A stretch of 64,000 bases of DNA from the human T2T-CHM13v2.0 reference genome, Homo sapiens. The translations under genes and the position numbers were made by a program. The notes below the pieces were generated by a model. The model was given only the letters and a program-made list of their open reading frames with translations, was not told the DNA's origin and did no database searches. The stretch lies in the NCBI RefSeq assembly GCF_009914755.1, contig NC_060929.1; one strand, written 5' to 3'. Position 1 is the stretch's first letter; each line of letters begins with the position of its first letter. Shown one piece after another: positions 1-16,598 of this stretch.

Positions 1-914
1 CATGAGCCATCACGCCCGGCCCAGATTTTTATATCACATATTTAAAAATATATGTGCAATATAAATTTATATATAAATCTTTACCCATTTACTTTTTATA
101 TGAATGGATCACGCTTCTACACATGCTATTTTCAATGTAGAGACCCTACTCTCCAGAAAGAAGAGGCTCCTCAGGTCTCTCCGTGCACCCCTTGATATCA
201 AATTGAGCAGCAAACAGAAGAGAACAGGGGTGGCTGGTCATATTTTAAAAGACTCCAGGATACACTAACATTCCAGAACCAAAAGCTAAATCCAAAGAGC
301 TCCTCAGGAAAGCGTGAACTCGGCTGCAACGGGGTCTCTCTCTACAGGCCAGGGAGAGGGAAGGCAGCCTTTATAAACCGTTCCTCTTGGGCTCTCCTGC
401 CTGTGGCTGTTAGCTTCACCTCCCCCAACTTGCCATCTGAGGGCCTTCATTCTTCACTGTCATGCCTGTCACCACCTCTGTCCTCCCCCTTTGGGCCTGC
501 TCTACAGCCTCCGCACTGCTCTGAAACATCACCACTGGCAGGACTGTGCAACTGAGAACAACAGGAGATGACCTCACGGCCTTTACATTCTAATGCCAGC
601 TCCCAATTACTTGTACTGTTGAATAATTGAAAGAGGAGAATAATCCACTCAGCTGATTTGGGAAGCCAGCCAGGCACACAGATTATCTCAGAGTGAATTA
701 TTCACACTAGGGATAATTGGGAGTTGCCCAAACTTCTATTTGTAGTTCAGGCATCACGTGGAAGAACATTCGGTATGGAAAGTATGAAAGCTGGAGAGGG
801 AAGGAGCCCCTGTTTCCGGGCCTGGGTTTCCTTTATGTTGCTTGGGAAGTCAATGCTCCTCTCTCGGTCTCACTCAGAGTCGGTGAGCACAATGATGATG
901 ATGATATTAACATT

Positions 915-1110
915 AACAATATTTTAGTGACAGCTCTTGCTGTATTTCCTTACAATGTGCTGTGTTCTGTGCTATGAGCTTCATGTGTATCATCCTACAT
1001 TATCTCATTTAATCCTCACATGAGTCTGTGAAGCACCACTGTCTTCTTCATCTCTGAGCTGAGGAAGCTGAGGCTTAGGTTAAGTAACTTGCCCAGAGAT
1101 ATACAGCAAC
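915..1110 (-). mobile_element. MIR
   Basis: atctcatttaatcctcaca...gaggaagctgaggcttaggttaagtaacttgccc. Confidence 0.75.
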
Positions 1111-1689
1111 AAGCTGTATGTCCATCCATAGACCAGGATCTTACTCAAGAAGTTCTTTTGCCACACACCTCTTACCTCTCCCACTTTTAAGAGTCTTCCT
1201 TACACAAGACATAAAACTGTAAAGGATAAAAACACCCCATTTTTAGTATAATACTGTCTACTCTCATCTTGAAATTACTGGATTTCAAGGTAAGAAAAAT
1301 GGCTCCCTCCTCTGAAGGTTGGCAAGAAGCCTATAGGAAGGGGCTGGTCAGCTGGTCAATCCATTTCGAGAAATCCAGTGTCTGGAAGCACAAGCCACTG
1401 GCAGACTTCCAGAAGAGCTCAGCCTTCTCTCATGATCAAAGACTCAAAAATGAAACCACTGTCCTCCCCCTGACACGCCACCACTTCAGCCAAGAGGCAG
1501 CTACTGAGCTGGGCAGCTCAGCACCGTGAGGCCAGAGCATGGGGGAAGGGCATAGGCTCAGTGAGCTGCAAGGAACACCTGCCTCAGACAAGGGTCCATG
1601 AGGTGACTGACTGTCCCTGCATGTGTGGGGTCTCCTTCCACAGTGCCTAGGACAGAGTCCCCAGATACTAGGTGTGGTGCCAGTCTCCA

Positions 1690-2118
1690 GCACGGTCACC
1701 GGCGATCCCCACCAGCGATCCCAGCCTTTGTGTTGGTGCCTCCCACATTAACTATAGATGATCTATGTGACCAAAAGAATAAAGAGGAAGTGATGATGTC
1801 GAATTCTAAGGCTAGGCCACAAAAAGAACTGAAGTTTCCATCTTGCTGTCCTATGTTGTTCACTCTGGGGGAAGCCATGGGGAGACCTGCACAGCCCTGT
1901 GGAGAAACTCACAGAGAGAGAAACCGAGGCCTCTCACCAACAACTGGCACCAACCAGCCAGGCGTGTAAACTGGAAGCAGATTCTCATACCCAGTCAACA
2001 CCCTGCCTACATTTCCAAATTCCTGACCCAAAGAAACAGAAAAATAATAAACTATTACTGTTGTTTTAACCCACTACATCTGAGAATAATTTGTTATACA
2101 ACAACACATAGCTAATAA
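1690..2118 (+). mobile_element. MLT1-family MaLR LTR
   Basis: Typical 3' end aattcctgaccc...aataaa...tgttgttttaacccacta...aatttgttatacaacaa...ctaata. Confidence 0.75.
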
Positions 2119-2231
2119 ACTGGACAAGAGGGAAAAGAGCTGCTTCACAGCATTGTTTCCAGAAGTGTGACGTATCCATAGAAGAACCAGACCTGGTGTC
2201 AGGGCCAGAGGCCACCAAAGGCCCTGACTAA

Positions 2232-2750
<519 letters not shown>

Positions 2751-3552
2751 ATTACCTCCCTTATTCTTCATTGCAATCCTCAGAGGAAGCACATAGTAGG
2801 GACTCAATAAATATTTGCTAAATGAGTAAATAAACCACCATTAGGAGTTCGTCTCTATAACTGATCTATGTCCTTTTGGTATAATTTCAACTTTCTATAT
2901 TACGTATTACTTTAACGTTTGAAAAGCTTACACTGAGAATGTATTACTTAAATAGAGGAAACAATATATATGAAATTAAAAAAAAAATTTGTAGGGCAAG
3001 CAAAGCTCTAATCATTATGTGCCATCCATCACGTTTCCCAGAGAAGTGCACCTCCATCCTGAGCTGACTCTCTGAGAGCTTCTCACACATCCTGAGCTTC
3101 TCACACAGCTTCTCAAGAGCTACCTGGATCCACTAGAAAGCCCATTCACACAGCACCCTGTGTTGCTTGACCCTCCAGATTGTCCTCCAACTCAGAGGAA
3201 GGAAGTAGGTATGCTGCTAGCTGGTGGAAGTGGCAGGATTGCTCTACTCGTCTCAGGACCAGGTGCCATGGCCAAAGACAGCCCCAGCAATTGAAAATCA
3301 GGCAGACATCACGGTCCTGAGTCTGGACAGCCACAATCTTATGATGAGAGTAGCCACAAACATGGAGAGACATGAAGCTTTCTGACTCTATATCCTAATC
3401 TGGGGAACAATAATCTTCCCAGTTATGAAGCACTATCATGGCCATCAGATCTACCACCCAAAATCCTGATGAGAGGAGGTGACTTGAACTAGATACCAGG
3501 AAGAGCTTCCTACTATCAGAGATTTAAGATAACAAGGTAGGCAGTGCTGTAG

Positions 3553-4190
<638 letters not shown>

Positions 4191-4194
4191 TAAA

Positions 4195-5535
4195 AATGCT
4201 TTATTGAGGTAAAATTCACATACCACACAATTCACCCATTTAAAGTGTACAACTCAATAGCTTTTTGTGTATTCACAGAGTTGTGCAACATATCACAATT
4301 TTAAGGCATTTTCATTGCCCCCCCATACCTATTACTAGTGCCCCCCGCAACTCTCCCCAACCCCCACTCCCTCAGCACTAGGCCCTACAGATTTGAATAT
4401 TCCAGACATTCCACAGAGATGGAATCATCCAGTATGTGGTGCTTTGTGACTAGCTTTTTTCACTCTGACTTTTTAAAAGTTTCATCCATTCATAACATGT
4501 ATCAGTACTTCATTTCTTTTTATTGCTAAATATTCCATTGTATGGATATACTATATTATATTTACCCATTTCTCAGTCAACAGATACTTGGGTTGTTTCC
4601 ACTTTTTGGCTGTTATGAATATTGAGGCTATGCACATTCATGTACAAGTTTTTGTGTGGAATATGGTTTCACTTCTCTTGGGTACACACCTAGCATTGGA
4701 ATTGCTGGATCACATGATAACTCTATGTTTAACTATTTGAAGAACTAGTAGTGTTTTTCAAAATGGTTGGATCAATTTACATTTCCACTAGCAGTATATG
4801 AGGGTCCCAATTTCTCCACATCCTTGTCAACACTTGTTATTATCTATCTTTTTGAGTATACAGTGTTCTCTCATTGTGGTTGGGTTTGCATTTTCCTGGG
4901 AGTTAATGATGTTGAGCATCATTTCCTGTACTTACTGCACATTTGCATTATCTTGTCTGGACAGCTGTCCATTCAGATCCTTTGCCTATTTTTTAATTGG
5001 GTTGTCTTTTTATTGTTGAATTGTAGGAGTTTTTAATTACGTTGTTTTCTGTTGCTGAGTTGCAAACATTCTTTAGGTATTCTAGATAAAAAGTCCCTTA
5101 CCAGATATATGACTTGTAAAAATTTTCTCCCATTCGGTGGTTTTCCTTTTCACTTTCTTGATGGTATCCTTTGAAGCACAAGAGTATTTAATTTAATTTA
5201 ATTTTATTTTATTTTTTTTTTGAGAAGGAGTCTCGCTCTGTCGCCAGGCTGGAGTGCAGTGCATGATCTCGGCTCACTGAAACCTCTGCCTCCCGGGTTC
5301 AAGCGATTCTCCTGCCTCAGCCTCTCAAGTAGCTGGGATAACAGGAGTGCACCACCACGCCCAGCTAATTTCTGTATTTTTAGTAGAGACGGGGTTTCAC
5401 CATGTTGGCCAGGCTGGTCTCGATCTCCTGACCTCATGATCTGCCCGCCTTGGCCTCCCAAAGTGCTGGGATTACAGGCGTGAGCCACAGCACCCAGCCA
5501 AGAGTATTTAATTTTGATGACATACTGACTGACTA
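4195..5535 (-). mobile_element. L1MB-type 3' fragment containing an AluSc at 5195-5499
   Basis: ttattgaggtaaaattcacatacc...aaagtgtaca L1M 3' end; Alu TSD aagagtatttaattt at 5180-5194 and 5500-5514. Confidence 0.8.
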
Positions 5536-5649
5536 AAAAATCAACTTCTGACATGTAAAAAGAAACACCTATCTGTCTTGTTCACCACCACATCCTCAGT
5601 CTAGCAAAATGCCTGGCACATAATAGGTAGTCATGACTTTTTTAAATAA

Positions 5650-5818
5650 TTTTTTTTCGAGACAGGGTCTCACTCTGTCACACAGGCTGGAGTGCAGTGG
5701 CGTGATCTCGACTTACTGCAGCCTCTGCCTCCCAGGCTCAAGTGATCCTCCCACCTCAGCCTCCTAAGTAGCTGGGACTACCAGCACAAGTCACCATACC
5801 CGGCTAATTCATATTTTT
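5650..5818 (-). mobile_element. AluJ right arm
   Basis: gagacagggtctcactctgtcac...gctaatt. Confidence 0.8.
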
Positions 5819-7058
5819 TAATGAATGTATGAATTTTTAGGGCCAGAGGAGATGAGTGTTGGGATGGGCTATGAGAGAGGGCTCCTTGCCAGGAGGCAGG
5901 GGTGAACACAGTGATATCTGGAATCATTTCTGTCTAGAGGAGCTGTAAAGAGTGAGAGAATGCGGTCTTCCACAAGAGCATGGGGGCAGTGTTAGATGCA
6001 ACACTCCTGAGAAGTGAACGGCATCATCAATAACAAACTCCCTGACTGAAATGCTCAGGTAGTCATCCTGTCTTTTCAGCCACCCGGGTGAGCAAAAGAC
6101 AGAACAATGGCTCAGGAATGGGGACAACTCAGGCAAAAGGGCCTAGTCACAGGGGTGAGGTTCTTTCCAGAATCCTCAGCACACAGCAACACCCCCAAAG
6201 GGGGCTCTAGGCTCTTGCTTTACAAAAACCGCTAGGGGCCTGTGTGTCAGCATGGCTGACAGGAAGCGGTTATACTGAGGAAAAAGAGATGAAGTCAAAA
6301 GATAAAGTTGACAGATATTAGGGTTGTTTCCACATTTTGCCTATGAACTTGCCTCTTCTAGCCTTTGCCAAGAACAATGAAATAAGAAGTCTGAAGAGCT
6401 GAATGTCCATGCCAGGGTGCTTCATCAAAGCACCTCAGGGATCCTAGACTTGACTGCCGAGAGGAGGCATTTTAGTCAGGCAAAGAGGTTGGAGGTGTGG
6501 TATGGGTGCTTAAAGTTGGCTAAGTGCTAAAAAAGGTGGACAGTTTGGACAACCAGTCTATGAGTCCCATGGCAGGGAAGGAGGTAACCTAAGAGACAAG
6601 CAGGGGTCCAAAAGAGAGGTCTGGAAACTCATCAGTTGCAGCATCAAGAAAGGTATTCAAAGGCAAGGGCCCTTGCCCTTCCATCCCAGACTTCCACTGT
6701 GTCACTTTTCATGAGGGAAAGGAAGGAGGGCACAGTGAGTTTTAGAGGCACATGCATGCACACACACATATATGGAGTTGCCTCTGGGAATGTAAATAAA
6801 TATTCATGAACAGCTCAGTGTATGAAAAGCAAGGACAGAGGATGAAAAATGGTGCCAATTAGAAAGAAAGGGTGGTATCTATTTTTAAAGTGGCTGAATA
6901 AACAGTAAAGGATTGCTTGCTAAAAATACTGTGCTTGACCCCCTCCCCAGTGGCAGAGTCCCTCTCCTGTGCTTGGTAACAACAGGCAAACTCTCCTCCC
7001 AGTGTGGCAGGTCTAATGCTGCCATGGCAGCCTCATGTTCTTATGAGAGGTTCACCCT

Positions 7059-7367
7059 GGGCCAGGTATGGTGGCTCTCGCCTGTAATCCCAGCACTTAG
7101 GGAGGCCGAGGCAGGCGGATCACTTGAGGTCAGGGGTTTGAGACTAGCCTGGCCAACATGGAGAAACCCCATTTCTATAAAAGATACAAAAATTTGCTGG
7201 CTCTGGTGGCGCATACTTGTAATCCCAGCTACTTGAGAGGCTGAGAGGCTGAGGCAGGAGAATCGCTTGAACCCAGGTGGCGGAGGTTGCAGCAAGCCAA
7301 GATCACGTCACTGCCCTCTAGCCTGGGCAACAGAGTGAGACTCTGTCTCCAAAAAAAAAAAAAAAAA
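7059..7367 (+). mobile_element. AluS
   Basis: Full dimer, A tail, flanking repeat t(t/c)accctggg. Confidence 0.9.
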
Positions 7368-8009
7368 GTTTACCCTGGGTGCCTGTCTCCAGTAAGAAGG
7401 AGATTTCTTGTGAGAAGCATTCTGGGTCTCGGACCACAAGCTGATAATGGCACTCATGCCTCAGAGGTGACTCAGGTTCTCAACAGTCTCCAAAAGATCC
7501 CTTGGCAAGAGGGAGCAAGTGAATGCAGGACTCCACTGGAGAATCCAACTATGGAGGCATCAGAACCAATGTAACAAAAAAGGAGGGGAGAGTCCCCAAA
7601 TTATCCTCCCCAGAGTCCAGATCATATGGGAGTATTTCATGAGAGTCATTTCATGGGACTAGTGGGGCACTGAAATCAAGTTTCTTATCCACTGCCCACT
7701 CCTGATACACATGCACCAGGATATTCCCCCCTGGGATTAGATCTGACTGATGGCACATGAAAATAAAGGCAAGGAGTGAAGCTCAGTATGATTCATGGAC
7801 AGAGAAAACAACAGGAACCCAAATTGTATGTGGGCCAGTGATGGGCAGGGACTGGAGTTTCTGTTCTGTCCCAGATGCGCAAATCTCACCCAAGTCAGTC
7901 CTGTAGGAAAAGCACTTGCTCTCCCACGCTCACGCCTGCTCTCGCGTGCTCTCAATCTCTCTCTCTTTTTTTTTTCTCTCTCTCAGCATTTATCACCACT
8001 TGGCACCAC

Positions 8010-8245
8010 ACTGTGGTTAGAAGTCTGGCTTTGAAGTCACGCTGCCTGGGTTCATGTCTTGGCTCTGACACAGTCTAGCTGGGCGACACTAGGCAAGTAC
8101 TTAACCTCCCCAAGCCTCAGTTTCTCCATGCATAAAATGGAAATAGTAATTGTCTTTACTCCATAACAGTACTTACTTGGCCAGATTCAATGAGAGCATG
8201 CAGTGACTCTCAGCTCGGTGCCTGACATGTTGTAGGTACTTTTTT
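8010..8245 (+). mobile_element. MIR
   Basis: gcctgggttc...ggcaagtacttaacctcccca agcctcagtttctcc..taaaatgg. Confidence 0.75.
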
Positions 8246-9008
8246 CTAAATATTCTTCATGTCTTGGTCTAGACTCTAAACATTTTGAGGACAGTAACCA
8301 TGCCAAATGCATCTTCCTATCCTCTAAGAGTGTAACAGAGTTGAAATTCAGTAAACTTTTGTCAAATGAGCTGGCTTCCCTGAGCATGTTTGCCATGGGC
8401 AACAAACCCAGCTGGCAAATGCATTTGTCCAGTTCACCGGCCCCATTTGTTCTCATCACCTCAAGATAAATCCTCCCAACCACCAGCAAGGTGTGCAGGG
8501 TGGGCAGCATCTGCCCCTCCCTCCATTAGGAAAAGGTGAGAATAAATTGGAAAACAAACAGCCACAGGCAGTATTTGCAGCTCCTCAGAGCGATGCCCTA
8601 TCGATTTTTAAGTGTCACTGTTAATAACAACAACAACTGGCAGTGATACAACATTTTTCTTCCAAAACAATCAGAGCATTTTATAGAGACAATTTCATCT
8701 ATCTCTCCATGGCTCCAGCAGGAGCAGGAGAATATTCCCCACTTCAAGTAAAGGGCAGGAGAGGCCAAGGGGTTTGGCCAAGGTCACTGTACAAGTCAGT
8801 GGGATGCCGGTGCTCCTGGTCTCTGCGGCCCTCTGCATCCCTGGATGGCATCTCCCTAGGACAGAACTTCCCTAGCATAGTTCTTTTCAGATGTTTAGCA
8901 AAGTTAACCTTTTAACAAAACACCCATGGGTGGAGGGTGGCATCAAGCACTATTCCAAAAAGCATCCTCTTGGCGGGAAGCCCTTAGACATGACCACTCC
9001 TTGGCTTA

Positions 9009-9679
<671 letters not shown>

Positions 9680-10391
9680 CTAGTAGTCCAGAGGCTGGAG
9701 TGCCACACAAAGGGAGGCAGAGAAAGGACAGGTCCAATCTTACCCATGCGACACACAGATGTGTGTCCAAGGAGATTCCCGTCCAACCACCCACTCTACC
9801 CTGCCCGGACTCCCACGCTCCACCCCTCCCCAACACAGAACTCTACTCCCAAGAGTGACGTCTGGCAGAAACTATGAACATGAATGACAGTGATGCCCAA
9901 GCAGACAGACACAGTCTCTGTGAGACACATGCCAAGTGAGCATCCCTCCTCCCAGAGATGGACCCTAACCACCACTAGACAAGAGCTCCTCTGCTGGAAA
10001 CAGCTCATCCAGCCATCTCCATGATACATACCCTGCCCACAGCTCTGGGCATCAGGCAGATAGGTGGGACAGGAGGCCACAAGTAGTGTGTGTCATCCTG
10101 AAGGCTAAAATCAAAGCTTCCTGTCACACTGGGCTATGTCGGGGGATTAGCAAAGGTAGCTAATCCTGGTGCAGAGGATAGGTTCCAATCAAGATCTGAA
10201 AAATCAAAGGCTGAGGAAGGCACTGAATAAGATCTCCTGCACCTTATATAACCAGCAGTCTCAAGTGTCTGGTCTGTCCTCTTGTCACTGAATAGAGCAG
10301 CTGTGCTTGCAGGACTTCAGGAGAAACAGCACTCAAGGCAGATGAGAGATAATATCCAGGCTCAAGTACAAAAGAGGAATGAACTCCTTAG

Positions 10392-10806
<415 letters not shown>

Positions 10807-13218
10807 TGAGGCCTGTGAGCTCTAGAGAATCAGGCATAGCCTCCCAAGTGGGATTACCAACCCCTACCATCCCCTTATACCCAGACAAAAGCAGGAAGGA
10901 AAATCTGACCACTTCTTGCTCTTGAGGGCCCAAGCTAGGGTGTGGGCAAAGGGTCCAGCTGAGTCTAAGCTGGAAAGCAGGGCGATGCCTCTGATAAGAA
11001 CAAAGGCTGTATCAGACACAGGGGATGAGATGCTTCTCAGGCGCTATTCTTCACAAAGGGGACACCAGCAAAATAGGCAAATTAAACTCATTTGTGCCTG
11101 GCACAACGGCAGCAGTGGAAGCTACAGCCAGAGCAGCTAGAGGGGCCGAGGTAATGGCAGGACATGGCAGTGGGCACATGGGGAGAAGAGAAGCAGGGCT
11201 CAGCTCTTATCTCTATAGCATCCTAAGGGTGTGGCATGGGCCCTGGTTCACCAGTTCTGATGTGGGACCAAGAAACCTCACCTCCATCCCTTGGGGATAT
11301 TTTAAGTATGTTCAATTTTGAGAGTGCCAGAGTTAAGAAATGCTGTCAGGGGAGTTGTTTTTGTGTGTTTTTGGTCTCCTTCTGAGATGGCTTTGCTGTA
11401 CTTGTTTCCATCTAGGGATGAGTGAGATCCCTTATGGTTCCCTTTGACCTGCCTGATTAGCGATTCCACAGGAAAACACCTCCCATGACAAAATGAAAGT
11501 AGACTTCAAGCCACCTTCCTTCAGGCTGACTCCTGTGTAAATGAGCTGCCTGCAGCCTGACTCACGGCAGCTCAAAATGGAAAAATGAAGAGAAACAAAC
11601 CAGTGTAGTTCAAAGGTAAGGGTGAGACTTGCCTATCACGTGAAGCTTCTATGGGCCTAACCCAGCACGCTGCCAGGGACTTGGCATGGGTATACAATTC
11701 AGGAAGGAAGGAACTCAGGGCACACTTCTCAAGCCAGAAAGAACCTCATATCTAGTGCTCTTGTTTTCACAGAGACTTAAAGTCTCACAGAAGTAAAATG
11801 ATGGCTTAAAAGTCAGTTCTCTGACTGTCGACCCAAGACTGTATCCCATGTGTCCAGACTCCTGAGTTCAGGACTAGGTCAGAGTCACACTGAGTCAGGG
11901 GCCCCTGTACATATTTGCATCACCTCCCACCCCATGGCCATGGCTAGAGATAAGTGGTGGCAGAGCTGTGGGCGGGAACGTGGACTTCCTCCCTCAGCGA
12001 CTGGCCAGTGAAGTAGAGCCCGCTGATGAAGGCAAACCCTGCAATCTCCAGCTCCACAGATGATGTTCTGTACTAACAGGCTCCCTGGCAAGGCAGCAGG
12101 GCACCCATCATCCTAATGGACTTTGTGATTAACATGGCTAGTCCACCTACAGCGCCAGGCCCTCTCCCTTCCCTCCCTCTGGATTGCAGGGTCCCCACAG
12201 GCAGCAGCTACCCCAGGTGTCTGTTTGATCCAAACATTAAAAAAGCGTCCATTCACTATAGCAAAGAGGCAGTTATTTCAAACCTATACATTATGCATCC
12301 CTGCTGGAAAGAAAAAAGAGCAAAATTAAATTAAAATTCTCTCTGGAAGATTTCTGCCCAGAAAGACAGAAAAGCACTCTGGAGTTGTACCTAGTTCCCA
12401 ACTCCAAGCAGCTCTCTGCTGCCCTTCCCCTGCTTCCCCTCCTGGCTGGACAGCTCCAGATGTGTCTCTGAGTTTCAATGATTCACTCTAATGATAATGC
12501 ACCCTCTGAACAAATCACGGACTCTGATTGATTTAGGACGCAACTTGCACAAATACCTGTAATCTAGTTCTAATCTTGTTTGTTTCCATTCCAATTATCC
12601 TGCATCAATGGTTTAAAAATGGGAACCGTCTGGTGCATACATCCAATCCATTTTAATAGAGGATAAATCTGGGTTATTGTGACCCTTTCCTCTCCCAGGC
12701 GCAGGACAACACCAGCCCTCTCAAGGCACTGATTGGGCAGAATCAGCTCTAACTCTATTCAACTCTTCAAGGATTCAATTAATCATAAAGCCAATTCCAT
12801 TCTAGGCTCCATCTGTCTTGCCTCCTTCGGGGACTAATAATCACTCACTGTGTGTTTTTACACACTAGTTGAACTGAAATTAAGACTGATTTCATCATGG
12901 AACACTCAAAAAGAAAATACATTTCTTGAAGAAAAATTTCAGAGCTACTTTAAAGTTCTGTTCAGATAAAGATATTTGTAAATATAAACAAAAACAATTT
13001 TAACTTCAAACTTCTTGACATTGTAAAATAATTCCTGCCCCCAAATCCTTGGAAAAGGGCAGCTTCTCAGGAGAATCAGAAACTCCTGAGATTGGATCAG
13101 ACAACAGAAAGACTCAATTTGTCCTTGGGCACAACATAGGTACCTAAAACATGGGAGGGGAAAAAAAATTGGGTCAATTTGATATTTGATGCACTATTTT
13201 GTTTTATTTATGATAGAT

Positions 13219-13525
13219 TATTTTATTTTATTTTATTTTATTTTATTTTATTTTATTTTATTTTATTTATTTTGAGACAGGGCCTGGCTCTGTCACCCAG
13301 GCTGGAGTGCAGTGGCATGATCACAGCTCACTGTAATCTCCTTAAGTGATCCTCCCACCTCAGCCTCCCAAGTAGCTGGGACTACAGGCACACACCACCA
13401 CTCTTGGTTGCTTTTTGTATCTTTTTTGGTACAGATGGGGTTTCACCATGTTGGCCAGGCTGGTCTCAAAGTCCTGGCCTCAATTGATCTACCCACTCGG
13501 CCTCCCACAGTGCTGGGATTGCATT
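13219..13525 (-). mobile_element. AluJ with (TTTTA)n tail microsatellite at 13219-13273
   Basis: About 10 TTTTA units followed by the Alu body. Confidence 0.85.
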
Positions 13526-13969
13526 ATTAAAAAAAAAATCTAACTAGTCATCCATTCTGGGACCAGAGGACTTAACCTAAAATTTAGAATTATTTTTATT
13601 TTGCATTACCTATTCATGAAGGCAGGGAGGTCAGGGAAGATAGGGCACCATATTCTTTTCAATGTGTAGGACCTCTAGAAGTTTTCAGCTGGCCCTGAGG
13701 AGTCTAAACCCTCACACTCCTCTAAAGGGCATGATATATGGCTTTTGTATTCCTGCATAGCCTGGCTCTCATAGAAGCATTAAAGTGACTGCCCTGGCAA
13801 ACACTCTAAATGGAGCCCTCTTACCACACCCATCTCATCCCCTACCCTGAGGATAATCTCTTTACCAGGAGCATGACCATGGAAAGGGCCACGGCCCAAC
13901 CAGCTGGCCACCTGGATCTAGAAGCAAGCCTAACTTGTCAGCAGGTTTCAACAGAGAAAATGAAAATAG

Positions 13970-14457
<488 letters not shown>

Positions 14458-14810
14458 TAACAGATTTTAAACTAAAATTTTGAATTACACAGATTCCCAA
14501 TCAGAACTAATGACATAGGCATTCCAAACTTAACATCAAAGATGTTTTGTGAGTCATATTGGCTCTAAAAAACCATCAGTAATCACTTCTTAGACACAAC
14601 AATCAAATACCTCCTTCGTTTAAACAATAAATTTTGCCTACTAATAAGTCTAATTAATTGAAGCACTGTCATTTTTAAACGTAGGTCAATGTAAGCATTT
14701 TCCCAAAAGTTTCCACCTGAGTCATTCTACAACTATTGAAAGCAAAGAAACTATCTCCTAAGAAGCTCTTTATGGACTGATAAAGAATGATATTCAAGAT
14801 ACAGTGCTAC

Positions 14811-15025
14811 CAGCCTGACCAACCCAGTGAAACCCCATCTCTACAAAAAATTTTTAAATTGGCCAGGCATGGTGGTACGTACCTGTGGTCCCAGCTACTT
14901 GGGAGGCTGAGGCAGGAGGATCGCTTGAGCCCAGGAGGTTGAAGCTGCACTAAGCTATGATTGCACCCCTGCACTCTAGCTTGGGTGAGAGCGAGACCGT
15001 ATCTCTACCAAATAAGCAAACAAAA
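14811..15025 (+). mobile_element. AluJ, 5'-truncated
   Basis: cagcctgaccaac...gagcccaggaggttgaagctgca. Confidence 0.8.
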
Positions 15026-15361
15026 TACTTATATAGTTAAACAGAAAAAGTAAATTACAGAATGATGAATCTACAGTAAACTGCCTTTCATGTAAAAACA
15101 ATATATGGAAATATTTACTTTAACATGGAAAAATATCTCTAGAAGAAACTGGCAACACTGGTTGCCTTGAGGCAGGGAAGCAGGGTAGCAAAGGGACACG
15201 GTGGAAGGACACAGTGGAGGATACTTTTCATATCCTCTGGTGCCGTTTGAATTTTGAGCCATGTGACTGTATTACCAAATCAGAGTTGAAAACATGAAGT
15301 TTAAGTAAGTCATCTCATAGACAGTAATCTGGACACTTACCAAAATACTACAGAGAAGTCA

Positions 15362-15535
<174 letters not shown>

Positions 15536-15667
15536 TTATCTTAGTCATATGGTTTGAATGAACCTCTGTGTACAGACTTCACGAACACCATCAAGATTAG
15601 CCATGGCAAGAGAAAAATGGGGCCCCCAGTGGTCACTACACATATCTGAGGGCAGATGGCAGCAGCA

Positions 15668-15745
15668 CAGGAGGGAGGGAAGAAAGAGAGGAAGGAAGAC
15701 AGGAAGGAAAGGAGAGAGATACGGAAGGAGGGAGGGGAAGAAGGC
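15668..15745. repeat. Purine-rich (GGAA/GGGA) low-complexity tract
   Basis: ggagggagggaagaaagagaggaaggaag... Confidence 0.7.
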
Positions 15746-16598
15746 TGGAAACAAGGGCCGCACTCCTTTATGTAGGACACCTTTTGCCCTCTAAGGCATC
15801 ATCTAGCTTGATAAGCCCCCAACAGTTTCTCTCCTTTGCAAAAGGGGAAACTGCAGCTCATTTAAGTCACAGTTCATAGTGAGTTACAGGGGTGGAGAGG
15901 GTGGCTTTACATGAACTTTGCAGGAACACATCACTTCTGATCCTAGGACTTCTCTAACTGCACGGGAAATGCCATCTGAAGGCCATGTCTTATCCTGAAA
16001 ACTCAGAGTTTCTGACTCATCTTCTCATTCTGACTGCCAGCTGGCTCTGTGGTCTTGAACAAATCACTGCAGCAGAGGTACTGAGTGGGAACAGAGGCTC
16101 CTCCATTCAGCCACTGATCACTGTCCATGGCTCTTTGGGAAAGGCATGCGTGCGACAGGAATTTCACGTTAAGGGTCACAGGTAGGCACCAGGGCTTGCG
16201 TCTTCCTGCCCTCTCTTCCTGGACCGCCCAGCAAGTTTACTCCTGGTCCCATTTTTTTGCTTTGGCCTTTGCTTCTCTTTGAATCTTTGTATCCAACCCA
16301 ATGTGAGCGTACACTTACCCAAGAGTTTTCCATCTAGACAATGAGGACTGTGGAAAGACACTTGCTCAGAGCAAAGGCACCAGTGTGACCACTATGAGGG
16401 AAGGTTGTCCTAGGATGCCCACAGAGATCCCAGTCTAATGCCAAACAGCAACTCTAACCAGGGCAGCCTTTAGTCTCAACTCCTTGCCATGAGAATCTAA
16501 ATGACCAGATAACCGTAGAAGGTAACCTGGGGAGGACTGCTGGGAATTGGGCAGATGACTTTCATTCTATTTTCTAGATGCTTTCCAGCTGGCTTTTT

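Noticed and set aside
447-1969. Short ORFs near the window start as missing SIL1 exons or a nested gene
   Set aside because: No similarity to the SIL1 C-terminus or any protein I recognise; part overlaps MIR and MLT1.
3054-3121. Imperfect repeats gagcttctcacaca
   Set aside because: Two to three short slippage copies; no array or spacer structure.
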